Assembly (NCBI GenBank): GCA_021513715.1
Contig: CP084167.1
Location: forward strand, 480,001-544,000
DNA length: 64,000 bases
Direction of reading: 5' to 3'
DNA from: Candidatus Heimdallarchaeum endolithica
GTDB lineage: Archaea; Asgardarchaeota; Heimdallarchaeia; Heimdallarchaeales; Heimdallarchaeaceae
Shown here: positions 1 to 10,094 of the stretch, piece by piece
Position numbering within the stretch: the stretch's first letter is position 1
Layout: each line of letters begins with the position of its first letter
Program-made: the position numbers and the translations under genes
The notes under the pieces: generated by a model
The model's input: the letters and a program-made list of their open reading frames with translations, nothing else
What the model was told of the DNA's origin: nothing
The model's database searches: none

Positions 1-753
1 AGGAAATATAAGTGCATTATAACCATAAACAGGAATAAAAACCAATCCTAGTATCATTGTAGCTATAATATTGTCAGAAAAAGATTCAAAAAGATCAGCT
101 CCTCTTCCAGCACAATCACCTACATTATCTCCCACTTGGTCAGCTATAGCTGCAGGATTTCTAGGATCATCTTCAGGGATCTTATTCTCTACTTTTCCAA
201 CAAGATCAGCTCCAACATCTGCAGCTTTAGTATATATTCCTCCTCCAATCTGAGCAAATAGGGCAGATAAACTGGCACCAAAACCATAACCTACAAGAAC
301 TGTAGGGTCATTTCCAAATACAATAAACAGAACACCTATTCCCAACAAACTTAAACCTACAATAGATATTCCTGTTACTGCTCCTCCTCTAAAAGCTACA
401 ACAACAGCTTTATGACTGTTAGTCCGAGCTTTATTTGCAGTTCGAACATTAGCTCTAACAGCAATACTCATCCCTATATATGCTGCAACAAGAGAAGAAA
501 TCGAACCAATAACAAAACTTAGAGCAACTCTCCACTGTAAAAGTAACCACAAGACTATAGCAAGAATTACAATAAAAACTCCTATAGTGGTAAATTCTCT
601 TTTAAGAAAAGCTTTTGCTCCTTCACGAATAAAACCAGCAATTTCTTTCATTCTATCTGTTCCTTCATCTTCTTTCATTACTAGATAAATCAAAAGAAAG
701 ACTATTAAAATGGCAACAGAACCAACTATTATACTTATATATGCTAAATCCAC
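1..753 (-). CDS. hppA: Membrane-bound H+/Na+-translocating pyrophosphatase, N-terminal part (runs off window start)
   Basis: Manual translation from GTG at 753 (GGTGA SD upstream): DEGTDRMKEIAGFIREGAKAFLKRE ... GGGIYTKAADVGADLVGKVE...EDDPRNPAAIADQVGDNVGDCAGRGADLFES, the hallmark mPPase motifs. Not in the ORF track because it is truncated. Confidence 0.95.
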   Translation of the reverse strand, partial: MDLAYISIIVGSVAILIVFLLIYLVMKEDEGTDRMKEIAGFIREGAKAFLKREFTTIGVFIVILAIVLWLLLQWRVALSFVIGSISSLVAAYIGMSIAVRANVRTANKARTNSHKAVVVAFRGGAVTGISIVGLSLLGIGVLFIVFGNDPTVLVGYGFGASLSALFAQIGGGIYTKAADVGADLVGKVENKIPEDDPRNPAAIADQVGDNVGDCAGRGADLFESFSDNIIATMILGLVFIPVYGYNALIFP

Positions 754-1060
754 TATTTTCACCTTGATTTTTTCTTTTCAATATTTTACAAAAAACCAAA
801 AAACAGTACTTTCTTTTAAATGTATTGCTAATATTAATGCTGAAAAGTTAATTAATTAGTGGTTGGTATAATTGTTTATGATACATTATAGACACAAACC
901 GTTATATAACTTTAAAGACTAATAATAATAGAAAAATGATAATAAAAATAGACCAAAATATATTGTTATTAAAACAATTTTAAATTTAATAAAACAAGAA
1001 TTGTGTTATAAAGCGAAGAAAAAAGTTAAATGTAAATAAATTAACAAATATGTTAATAGT

Positions 1061-1831
1061 GTGGGTAAAATGGTTGAAAATAACTTTTTAAACGATCTAA
1101 ACAACTTTTTGAAAGAATTCAGTTTAGAAAGTTCTAAGATTCTGAAGAACATTAAATTTTTCTTTTCGTTCTTCAGTGAACTAAACAAAGAAATAGAAAA
1201 AAGTAATTTTTCTGCGATTGACAAAAAACTTGTTTCTTATTCTTTTGAAGCCTTTGATTTAACTATAAAAAAAACTTATAGATTTATTCAAGATAACTGT
1301 CTGTATATTTTTGAAAATAAACAAGATTACAAAAATGATGTAAAAAAACTAGATACGTTTGAAACAATCGTGAAAGAGATATATTATGCTTTCGGAGACT
1401 TCTATTTGGAAAAATATAATGGATTAGATTCTTTTATAAAAAATAATAAAATAGAAATAAATTTCAAAATTTACTCCAAATTTAGAACTATTTTTTTAAG
1501 ATTATTAAATCAAATTCAATCATTAAAGCAGTATATAATTGATGATGAGGAACTAAACAAATTAACTAGTTGGAGAAAAACTAAATTACAAGAATTGTTT
1601 CATTCTGCGACTTCAATTAATCTTGATAAGTTAGCTGAGATACTGCATTTTGATAACTCTGCTGAACTTGAACAATGGATAATGCAGATTTCTAATGATA
1701 TCTTTGTAATAGATGATAATATTCTCAAAATATCAAGGTCAGTTACTGATGATGAAATAGCTAAATCTATAGATTCCTTGCTAAACGAGTTTAAGAAATA
1801 TGAAACATTAGGATTAGGAAAAAAAATATGA
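1061..1831 (+). CDS. Hypothetical helical protein with C-terminal winged-helix (PCI-like) module and IDSLL...GKKI tail
   Basis: 256-aa ORF; the last ~80 aa align by eye with the C-termini of 17627-18502 and 19406-25621. Confidence 0.75.
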   Translation: MGKMVENNFLNDLNNFLKEFSLESSKILKNIKFFFSFFSELNKEIEKSNFSAIDKKLVSYSFEAFDLTIKKTYRFIQDNCLYIFENKQDYKNDVKKLDTFETIVKEIYYAFGDFYLEKYNGLDSFIKNNKIEINFKIYSKFRTIFLRLLNQIQSLKQYIIDDEELNKLTSWRKTKLQELFHSATSINLDKLAEILHFDNSAELEQWIMQISNDIFVIDDNILKISRSVTDDEIAKSIDSLLNEFKKYETLGLGKKI

Positions 1832-1840
1832 GGGATTAAA

Positions 1841-2635
1841 ATGGATTTAGTTGAAATAAATTTCTTGGTAAAAGATAAAAATGAAATTATTACTGTAGAA
1901 TCTTCAGTTGAAGAATTAGATCTTTCTAATAGAAACATTAAGGACATCAATTTAGCAGGGGTAGAGAGACTTCCTTTTCTTAAAAGGATTGATCTTTCAA
2001 ACAACAATATTGAAAAGATATATGTAAAACCCCTGAAATATTGTCCAAGCTTACAAATTGTTAATTTGTCAAATAATGAATTAGATGAAATAGATCTATC
2101 ATTTTGTTATTATTTGCCTGACTTAAGAGTTCTAGATTTATCAATAAACAAATTAAGAAAAATTAACCTTTATCACCTTCTTCTGTGCAACTTTCTAAAT
2201 ACATTAGATTTACATGAAAATAATTTCGAAGAACTTGATTTAACTCCACTTATTTCTTTACCTTCTCTTAACCACCTTTTACTCTCTGAGAAAGAAAAGA
2301 AAGTAATGAAACTAGAAGGAATTTTAACTTCTTATTTAAAATCAAAATCACCAATAAAAACCCAACTTGTTGAACTAAAAAAACTATATACAAAAAATAA
2401 TAGAATACCACTAATTAAACAAATAGTAAAAACATACCAAAAAATAAAGAAATCTAGAATAGCGCAGTTTCTTTCTTTTGAAAGTGAAATTGAGTTTGAG
2501 AATTGGTTACTAAATGAATATGGAGATATAAAAACCTTTGAAATGACAGGTGAGTATCTTGTAATTAATAAAGAGGCAGTAAGTGAGTTAGACGAAATGC
2601 TCTCAAAACTAGAAAAATCTTTTGAATCCTTATAG
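1841..2635 (+). CDS. Leucine-rich repeat protein with C-terminal winged-helix (PCI-like) module
   Basis: Repeated LxxLDLSxNxL motifs (LKRIDLSNNNI, LQIVNLSNNEL, LRVLDLSINKL, LNTLDLHENNF); C-terminal YQKIKKSRIAQFLSFESEIEFENWL; GAGGGA SD upstream. Confidence 0.85.
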   Translation: MDLVEINFLVKDKNEIITVESSVEELDLSNRNIKDINLAGVERLPFLKRIDLSNNNIEKIYVKPLKYCPSLQIVNLSNNELDEIDLSFCYYLPDLRVLDLSINKLRKINLYHLLLCNFLNTLDLHENNFEELDLTPLISLPSLNHLLLSEKEKKVMKLEGILTSYLKSKSPIKTQLVELKKLYTKNNRIPLIKQIVKTYQKIKKSRIAQFLSFESEIEFENWLLNEYGDIKTFEMTGEYLVINKEAVSELDEMLSKLEKSFESL

Positions 2636-2643
2636 ATAATAAT

Positions 2644-3060
2644 TTATTGTTTGCTTTCTCCTTTTTCAAATTTTAGGGACTTTGAATTAATACAATAGCG
2701 TAAACCTGTTTTATCTTTAGGTCCATCTTCAAAAACGTGTCCTAAATGTCCTCCGCATTTACTACAGACTATTTCTGTTCTAATCATTCCGTGAGAAGTA
2801 TCTAATTGTTCTTTTACAACATATTGATTTATTGGTTCAAAAAAGCTAGGCCATCCGCAACTAGAGTAAAATTTAGCAGTGGATTTAAACAATTCTTGTC
2901 CACAAGCTGCACAACTGTAAACTCCCTTTTCAAAATGGTTGTAATATTCTCCTGTAAAAGGCTTCTCTGTTCCCTTTAACCTTAAAATATAATATTGTTC
3001 TTTTGATAACTTTTTTTTCCAATATTCATCTGTTGAATTTCCATTTTCCAATTTATTCAT
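2644..3060 (-). CDS. msrB: Peptide-methionine (R)-S-oxide reductase
   Basis: [41 protein letters not shown] motifs. Confidence 0.97.
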   Translation of the reverse strand: MNKLENGNSTDEYWKKKLSKEQYYILRLKGTEKPFTGEYYNHFEKGVYSCAACGQELFKSTAKFYSSCGWPSFFEPINQYVVKEQLDTSHGMIRTEIVCSKCGGHLGHVFEDGPKDKTGLRYCINSKSLKFEKGESKQ

Positions 3061-3150
3061 AGAATAATGTAAGAAACTAATTTTAAATTGATATTGATTT
3101 CACAAATTTAAAATATATAATTCTAAGTTTAAACCAAGAACGGTGAAAAT

Positions 3151-3612
3151 ATGCACTTTGAAATTAAACAAATAGGAACTATTTATTCTCCTTTTAAGAA
3201 AATGGAAGAAGCTCCTATTCAACCTCGTTTTTCAGATAAACCTGGCAAAATAGAAGTTTTTCCTGAATATAAAGAAGGATTAAAAGATCTTGAAGGTTTT
3301 TCTCATATTATTTTACTATATTACTTTCATCTTGCAAAAGAAGAGCAGTTAATTATCAGGCCATTTATGGAACCTGATAAACCAAAAGGCATTTTTGCTA
3401 CTCGTTATAATAAACGACCAAACAAGATAGGCTTATCTATTTGCGAAATTGATAAAATTGAAAATAACATAATTTACGTTAAATATATTGATGTACTTGA
3501 TCAAACTCCTCTAATTGATATAAAACCTCTTGTTCCTTTGTTTGATTTTAGGAATATAGAAAAAATAAAAGTAGGTTGGCTATCTAATAAAAAAGAAAGA
3601 CCCAAACAGTAA
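3151..3612 (+). CDS. tsaA: tRNA t6A37 N6-methyltransferase TrmO/TsaA family
   Basis: IGTIYSPF, APIQP, GLKDLEGFSHIILLYYFH, GIFATR..RPNKIGLS, DVLDQTPLIDIKP. Confidence 0.92.
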   Translation: MHFEIKQIGTIYSPFKKMEEAPIQPRFSDKPGKIEVFPEYKEGLKDLEGFSHIILLYYFHLAKEEQLIIRPFMEPDKPKGIFATRYNKRPNKIGLSICEIDKIENNIIYVKYIDVLDQTPLIDIKPLVPLFDFRNIEKIKVGWLSNKKERPKQ

Positions 3613-3741
3613 ATTCTGTTCCTATTTTGTATTTTGTCTATTAAATGGCTTAAACCGACAAAAATAGTCATTTTCAATTTTTGAAAGAAATGTTTCAAGA
3701 TAGCTATTTATTATATTTCAAACTTAACTAAACTGAGAAAA

Positions 3742-4182
3742 ATGGCTACACTTGAAACAATAAATGTAATTCCTAACCGCACTGTAGAAGAGTTAGAGAA
3801 AATAGATGTTGAAATTGGGAAGATTTTAACTAAAATAATCGATGAAAATGAAAAAAATTTAGATTTTATAGAAGATCAAATTTATGCTATCCTTCTAATC
3901 TCAAGAGCTGGATTACCTGTCTATTCAAATGTAAACGCTGATTTTAAAGTAAACGAACTTTTGCTTTCAGGATTGTTAGGAGCTTTACAAATAGTAGGAA
4001 AATCAATTTTTAGCGACGATACAGTAATATGTTCAATAAATTATAAAGATTTCACGATTTTATTTGAAGAAATGTCTTTTGGAAGTTTGGTTTTAATTGC
4101 TTCAGAAAATAACAAATTAACAAGAAAAATAATTAAGATGATCAAAGAAACTTTAAACAGAATAATTCTATGCAATGGGTAA
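3742..4182 (+). CDS. Roadblock/longin-like domain protein
   Basis: IYAILLISRAGLPVYS...ELLLSGLLGALQIVGKSIF pattern typical of Asgard roadblock/longin-fold proteins. Confidence 0.6.
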   Translation: MATLETINVIPNRTVEELEKIDVEIGKILTKIIDENEKNLDFIEDQIYAILLISRAGLPVYSNVNADFKVNELLLSGLLGALQIVGKSIFSDDTVICSINYKDFTILFEEMSFGSLVLIASENNKLTRKIIKMIKETLNRIILCNG

Positions 4183-4220
4183 AATTCTGATTGTAAAAAA
4201 AATAAAGAACTATTGAGAAA

Positions 4221-4560
4221 AAAAGAAAACAATAAAGAAAATTACGATTTTTCCTTTTGTTCTTTCTTTGCAGACCTTTTTTTGTTTTTTGGAGGTATAT
4301 CATATTTTCTTAAAGTTTGGGAATTAATAGCGACGATTACTGTAATCAAAGACATCAAAATTGCTCCTATAGCTAGGTTTATTATTACTCCTACGCTTGC
4401 CAAAATTCCTGCAGCTAAAGGAATTGCGATTATGTTATATCCAGCAGCCCACCACAAGTTCTGGATCATTTTCTTGTATGTTTGCTTCGATAATTCAATT
4501 AATCTGATAACATCATTTGGATTATTTCTCACAAGGATAACATTTTCGCTTTCTATTGTA
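4221..4560 (-). repeat. Diverged duplicate of the copB 3' end (direct repeat of ~6501-6840); gene fragment
   Basis: Encodes [41 protein letters not shown]..., almost the same as the 6520-7056 C-terminus. DNA similarity extends ~20 nt past the stop and ends at ~4560. Confidence 0.9.
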
Positions 4561-4599
4561 ACTTAAGTCCATTTTTAAGCACAATTTTTTAAAAAAAAA

Positions 4600-4977
4600 T
4601 TAAAGAGTTTGTAAAACATTAATTGAGAAAAGAATCCCAAAAAATATTAAGTTTACAAAACTCAAAATAAAGCCAATAAAGAATATTGACCAAGCTATAT
4701 TAGTTCTTTTTTTATCTATTTTTGATTTTCGTGATTTATCTTTTTGAAATATCGCTTTTATTAATGGATAAGCTTCTATTAACATTCCTGAAACCATAAT
4801 AATTATACTTATTACAAGAATAAGTACATATATTACATACTTAATAGTCCAGGATATTTCTATAAGAATATTATCCATGAATGACGCGAGTAATAAAGAT
4901 CCAAAAATCACAATTATGGAAAGAAAAGATTGAATCTGTAGATTTTTTACATCAAAGTTAGTATTTGTTTCATTCAT
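4600..4977 (-). CDS. Small membrane protein with 3 predicted TM helices (candidate immunity protein)
   Basis: Three hydrophobic stretches; AGGTG SD directly after the upstream stop places the start at ATG 4977. Confidence 0.65.
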   Translation of the reverse strand: MNETNTNFDVKNLQIQSFLSIIVIFGSLLLASFMDNILIEISWTIKYVIYVLILVISIIIMVSGMLIEAYPLIKAIFQKDKSRKSKIDKKRTNIAWSIFFIGFILSFVNLIFFGILFSINVLQTL

Positions 4978-4989
4978 ATGTAACACCTT

Positions 4990-6249
4990 TTATCCATCAC
5001 TAAGATATTGAATCAGTTCAATAAAAAAGTAGGTTAATACTACGACACCAAGTACTATAAGCCCTATTCCAACAACTGTTAAAACTGTTGAAGCTGATAA
5101 ACCTAGAATCGTGACGTAAGACGCTACTTTAGCTCCTGCAACCAAGGCTGTAATTCCACCAATAATACAAGCACTAGCAATGGTTGCTGTAGCTCCTATT
5201 AAAGCTGCAGCAATGATAGCTTCTTCATTAGACATTCCATCTGTATCTGGTTCCTCATCTACGTCTTTTTCAAACTTAATATTGTTAACATCTCTTATTT
5301 CATCTACTGTACCTTTGTCTGCGATAAAATTATATGTTACTATGAATAGATGATTCTCAAAACCAATAATATAACCATTATCTTCTATGATTACTTTTCG
5401 AAATTCTCCATATTGTTTGCAGTATATATAGTGATATTCTGTTGTTTCTACTTCCCTTCTTAATAGACCAAAGAAATATGTTCTTTCCTCAGCTATAGTA
5501 ATATCTCCACCACAATTAATTTCAAAGATTACTCCAGGGTGTGCTCTAATGAAATTTCCATATTGGTTTGCACTATTTTCACTGTTTAAATCATATCTAA
5601 GAAATACACCGTCATAATATGTACTTGCAATCATAAATTCAAAGAAATTTTCACCATCACTACCACCTTCATCACTACCACCTGAATCTAAAGAAAATAA
5701 TTTTATGGAAGGAATAATAGCTTCATAATTGCAATTAAATCCAAGAAAAGATATTAAATCATTAACTGATGCTTGTAATGTTGTAATAGAATCGTATACT
5801 AACATATATTCATTCTTTAGATTGATAAGAGATGAATAGCAAGCTAAAAGAGCAATGTATTTTTTACCTATAGATAATTTAGTTATCATATTTGATGAAA
5901 AATCACCAATATAATATTGTTCACCTTTTAAATACCCATGTCCTATTACAATCAAAATAGAATCGCTGGATATAACAATAGCTTTTGAAAATAATATACT
6001 TGTTTCAATACCTCTTTTAGAGAGGATTTCTACAATATACCAAGCTACTTTAGAACAAGTATCATATTCAACCTTCGAAAAAACATCAAACTCGTTTTTA
6101 GTGCTTGTTATTGGATTACTTCTATCATTTTCAATATAACCAGTATCTATATTATTTGGAATAGTTTCCCCAGACATATAGATATTAAAAATATTAGCTG
6201 ATAATAGTAATAAACAGATAGTCATAAAATAATACTTTTCTTTAATCAT
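4990..6249 (-). CDS. Secreted protein with caspase/CHAT-like (clan CD) protease motif and Gly/Ala-rich hydrophobic C-terminus
   Basis: N-terminal signal-like segment; LIVIGHG...IALLACYS His/Cys dyad pattern; GGSDEGGSDG linker; long hydrophobic AAALIGATATIASACIIGG... tail. Confidence 0.6.
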   Translation of the reverse strand: MIKEKYYFMTICLLLLSANIFNIYMSGETIPNNIDTGYIENDRSNPITSTKNEFDVFSKVEYDTCSKVAWYIVEILSKRGIETSILFSKAIVISSDSILIVIGHGYLKGEQYYIGDFSSNMITKLSIGKKYIALLACYSSLINLKNEYMLVYDSITTLQASVNDLISFLGFNCNYEAIIPSIKLFSLDSGGSDEGGSDGENFFEFMIASTYYDGVFLRYDLNSENSANQYGNFIRAHPGVIFEINCGGDITIAEERTYFFGLLRREVETTEYHYIYCKQYGEFRKVIIEDNGYIIGFENHLFIVTYNFIADKGTVDEIRDVNNIKFEKDVDEEPDTDGMSNEEAIIAAALIGATATIASACIIGGITALVAGAKVASYVTILGLSASTVLTVVGIGLIVLGVVVLTYFFIELIQYLSDG

Positions 6250-6519
6250 ATGTACTACCTACTTTATTTATTAATTGTATATTTGTCTGTATCACAATTA
6301 ATTATAAGTATTTCTATTCACAAAATTAGAGATGTTAAGGGCACTGATTATTGACATAATAATGTGTGCTGTCAGAGCCACACTTTCATATGTCGTTAAT
6401 GATTGCTAGAAGTTTTCAAATAGTAGTGATTTTAATTTTTAGCGATAATATAGTCATTTATTCAAATTATAATGACTTCACAATCCTATTTTTTTTAAAA
6501 AAAAGAATACAGTAAAAAG

Positions 6520-8699
6520 TTACGATTTATCTTTTTGTTCTTTCTTTGCAGATTTTTTGTTGTTTTTTGGAGATATATCATATTTTCTTAAAGTTTGAGA
6601 ATTGATAGCAACGATTACTGTACTCAAAGACATCAAAATTGCACCGATAGCTGGATTTATTATTACACCTACACTTGCTAGAACTCCTGCAGCTAAAGGA
6701 ATAGCGATTATATTATATCCTGCTGCCCACCATAAATTTTGAATCATTTTCTTGTATGTTTGCTTCGATAATTCAATTAATCTGATAACATCATTTGGAT
6801 TATTTCTCACAAGGATAACATCTGCACTTTCTATTGCAATATCAGTTCCTGCTCCTACTGCAATTCCCACATCAGCAGTAACTAATGCAGGAGCATCATT
6901 AATTCCGTCTCCGACCATAGCGACTTTGTATCCTTCCTCTTTTAATTTCGTAATTTTATCAGCTTTCTCGTGGGAAAGAACTTCTGCAAAATAGTCATCC
7001 ATTTGTAATTCCTTTGCTACCCATTTTGCTACTTCTTCTGCATCGCCTGTAAGCATGGTTCCTTATCGGTTTTCCTGATTTCGCTTTAGAGAGAGCTGTA
7101 ACAGTATTAGTTATTGCTTGTCCCCATGCTTTAGGTCTAGCTATTCCTCTTGTTGTTGCTTTATCTACTTCTATTACTGCAAAAAGTGGAGTACTTATAA
7201 GAGACAGAACTGGATTTGAAAACGTTCGAAACATAGACGCTATAGTTTTTGATAAAACAGGAACTCTGACTGAAGGAAACTTTGGAGTAACTGATGTTAT
7301 CTCGTACATTCCTGAAGAAGAGTTTTTGGAGTTAACTGCAGCGTTAGAGATTAACTCTGCGCATATAATTGCAAAAGCTATAGTAGATTATGCAAAAGAG
7401 AAGAAAATAAAGATCCCTTCAACTATTGATTTTTCTGTAATGCCAGGTGAAGGCGTAAATGGTAAAATAAATGGAAAATCAGTCTATGTTAGTAGCCCAA
7501 ACTTACTTGATGAGTTAAAAATAAAAATAGGAGATGAGAAGATAAAACAAGTGCAACAACAAGGGAAAACAGTAATCTTTACAATAATTGATGACAAACT
7601 TGCTGGCGCATTTGCTCTAGCAGATAAAATAAGAGAAGATTCAAGAATTGCTATTGAGAAGCTGAAATATTTAGGAATAAGAACATACATGTAGTATAAG
7701 TTATGATTCCTGCGATAAGTGCTTCATAAAGTAATAATGCTGCTGCACGATTAGCTAAATCTTGTGTTCTTGATCTACTCATTTGTGCTTTTCTTACTAA
7801 GTCTATTACTTGAGCAAGATAATTTTCTTCACCAGTCTTAGTTATTTTTACATGTAAAATTCCTTCTGAATTTATAGCTCCACCAATGACCATATCGTCT
7901 ACAGTTTTAGATATAGGCTTTGATTCTCCTGTTAAAAAAGCTTCATTTACATAGGAAGAACCTTCAATAACTACACCATTTGAAGGAATCTTTTCTCCAA
8001 GTCTAACAAGTGTAACATCGTTAATTTTAAGCTCGGAAACAGAAACATCAATAATTTCTCCATTCTTGATTAAATAAGCAGTAGTAGGTATAATCTTTAC
8101 TAGTTCTTCTAAAGCTCTGGAAGCCCCCATAATACTTTTTGCTTCCACCCAATGACCTAGTAGCATAACATCGATCAATGTAGCAAGTTCCCAAAAGAAA
8201 TCTACTCCTTCAGTGAAAAACACAGTAGTAGCAGAATAAAAGAAAGCTACAGATATTGCCATAGCAATGAGTGTCATCATACCTGGAAGTTTTTTCTTGA
8301 TTTCACTAAATAGTCCTTTTAGAAATGGCCAACCTCCATAAAAGTAAATTAGAGAAGAAAGACTAAAAACTAATTCTTTTTGAAGATTAAACGTGATTTC
8401 AAAGTTTAACCATAACTGGGTTGTCTCAGATAGAAGTAATAAGGAATAGTTAAAATTAAAGAAAAAAAAACCTTTTCGTGAACATATGATTTGTGATCTT
8501 AGTGATCTCCATGCTTTATTTTAGTACCTGTAGAACCATGACTTTCATGACCCTCGTGAGCTTCGTGACCTTGATGCGTAGTGTGTGCTTCTGTAGAACC
8601 GTGTTCCTTATGATCTTTATGATCTATATGAGATTCTGAAGAATCATCCTTTTTGTGACTTTGATTATCATAATTATGATTTTTGTTCACTTTGTTCAT
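6520..8699 (-). pseudogene. copB: Copper-exporting P1B-type ATPase (CopB-like), disrupted by a nonsense codon, a frameshift and an internal inversion
   Basis: His-rich N-terminus (8699-8499, TAA); frameshift near 8440; GMMTLIAMAI and TGES (8280-7691); CPHALGLA and DKTGTLT lie on the + strand (7057-7690); MLTGD and [10 protein letters not shown] resume on the - strand (7056-6520). Confidence 0.93.
7054..7691 (+). other. Inverted internal segment of copB bounded by CATG at both ends
   Basis: CATG at 7054-7057 and 7688-7691; flipping the segment restores ...TYTT-WFLIGF... and ...IRTY-MLTGD... in frame. Confidence 0.92.
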
Positions 8700-8797
8700 T
8701 TTCTTTTACCCAAAGAGTTTTTATTATTTTTAAGATATTAAAGCTATTGCATAAACAATTTTTGAAATAATAATAGCTTTCTTTTTAAGTGATATTA

Positions 8798-9820
8798 AGT
8801 ATGTCCAAAAATTCTTTTTCACCTACTGAACGGTCCGAAGGAGTAATAGGTAGTTGTAACAGAGAAGAGAACTATAAAACGTAGAGAGAATGGTAGAGGG
8901 TAAGAGATCAAGGATTGGGGGAAGAGAGAGTTTGAGAAGACTAAACCAAAGACATGTTCAATGCTACTACGATACTCGGGATGATGATTATGATAGACGA
9001 TAGAGACCAGAGTAAAGACGATGAGCTTGAATTATTGGTCCGAGCGGAGGAGGAGAGGGATAACGAGCATTACTTTTTGGGGGAATAAAAAATAACTGGA
9101 AAAAAAGAATGTTGGCTAAGAAGATCGACAATATTTTCTGTCTAGTAGGCACAGTAACCATAGAATCGCAAGAAAGGTCTAAAGAGTGCAGAAGGAAGTT
9201 TCTGCCAGAGTAAACCGAAGACTTTACTATCGTGAGTATTACTAGCAGAATGAGCGAGAGAGACTATAGCTCGAGAGGGTAAACCAACTATAAGGTGTAT
9301 CTTCCAGAAAAGTTTAGTTGGGAGGTTTTCTTTAGTGTCCCTCTTGACCATTTGAGAAAACGCCAAACAGAAGCTTGACGAATTTTAAACCCTGAACTAT
9401 CCACTGCCATAGCTTTCAACCCTTTTTTTCTCACTATTTCTCCCCCTAAATCTATTATCCACTGCTCTAAGATTTTACTTTCTGTCGCTCTCCGCACAGC
9501 ATGAAAAGTAGATTTGAAAGGAGTTTTTCTCATCCACCCCTCTTCTATCAAAAAAACGCATAGAGACAACTTTTCTTCTAACTTCCTCCAAGCTATCCCT
9601 TCTATTCTTGCAATGATTGCTATTGTTATTACTACCCATCTTTCTGCTATTCTCTTTCTCCCTCTCTTACATTTTCTCGTTTCCTCTTTTACCAGTTTCT
9701 TAAGGAAAGGTTCATTAATGATTGTGAATTCTCTTACTTTATGGGGGTCTATGATCTGAAAGTAAGTCATAATTCCGACATAAACCCCCATCTTAATAAA
9801 AATTAATTTTTGGACATGCT
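8798..9820 (-). mobile_element. IS5-family insertion sequence with degenerate transposase
   Basis: Terminal inverted repeats AGTATGTCCAAAAATT / AGCATGTCCAAAAATT (15/16) and TTA direct repeats. The transposase (9791 to ~8820) has AVDSSG, KIHL, HDS and IEHVF motifs, broken by frameshifts and stops. Confidence 0.85.
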
Positions 9821-10033
9821 TTAAAAATAACCATATTTAATAATCTAAACAAAGGATAGTTAGTTAATACTTTATTTTAGATCTTTAAAAAGTATAATAA
9901 TAAATCATCTTGCATTGATATTGCATTTTTCTTTCCTACAGTGATTATGTAACAGTTTAATTTCCTCATACTTAAACTATAATCCTAACACCATCAAAAT
10001 AAGCAGATAATGAATTCCCAAAATCAAGTTTCG

Positions 10034-10090
10034 CGAAAACTTATATATGAAGTTGTTTTTATTATTTATTGATAAACTATAATTAGGTGA
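10034..10090 (+). promoter_or_regulatory. Archaeal BRE/TATA promoter and SD for 10095
   Basis: CGAAAA-C-TTATATA at 10034-10047; AGGTGA at 10085-10090 before the TTG start. Confidence 0.55.
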
Positions 10091-10094
10091 TTGT

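Noticed and set aside
1800-1831. GKKx tails as eukaryotic KKxx retrieval signals
   Set aside because: The lysines are at -2/-3 rather than -3/-4, and the tail also occurs on soluble proteins.
7054-7691. Invertase-controlled phase variation of copB
   Set aside because: Only 4-bp ends, no recombinase nearby, and the gene carries other inactivating lesions.
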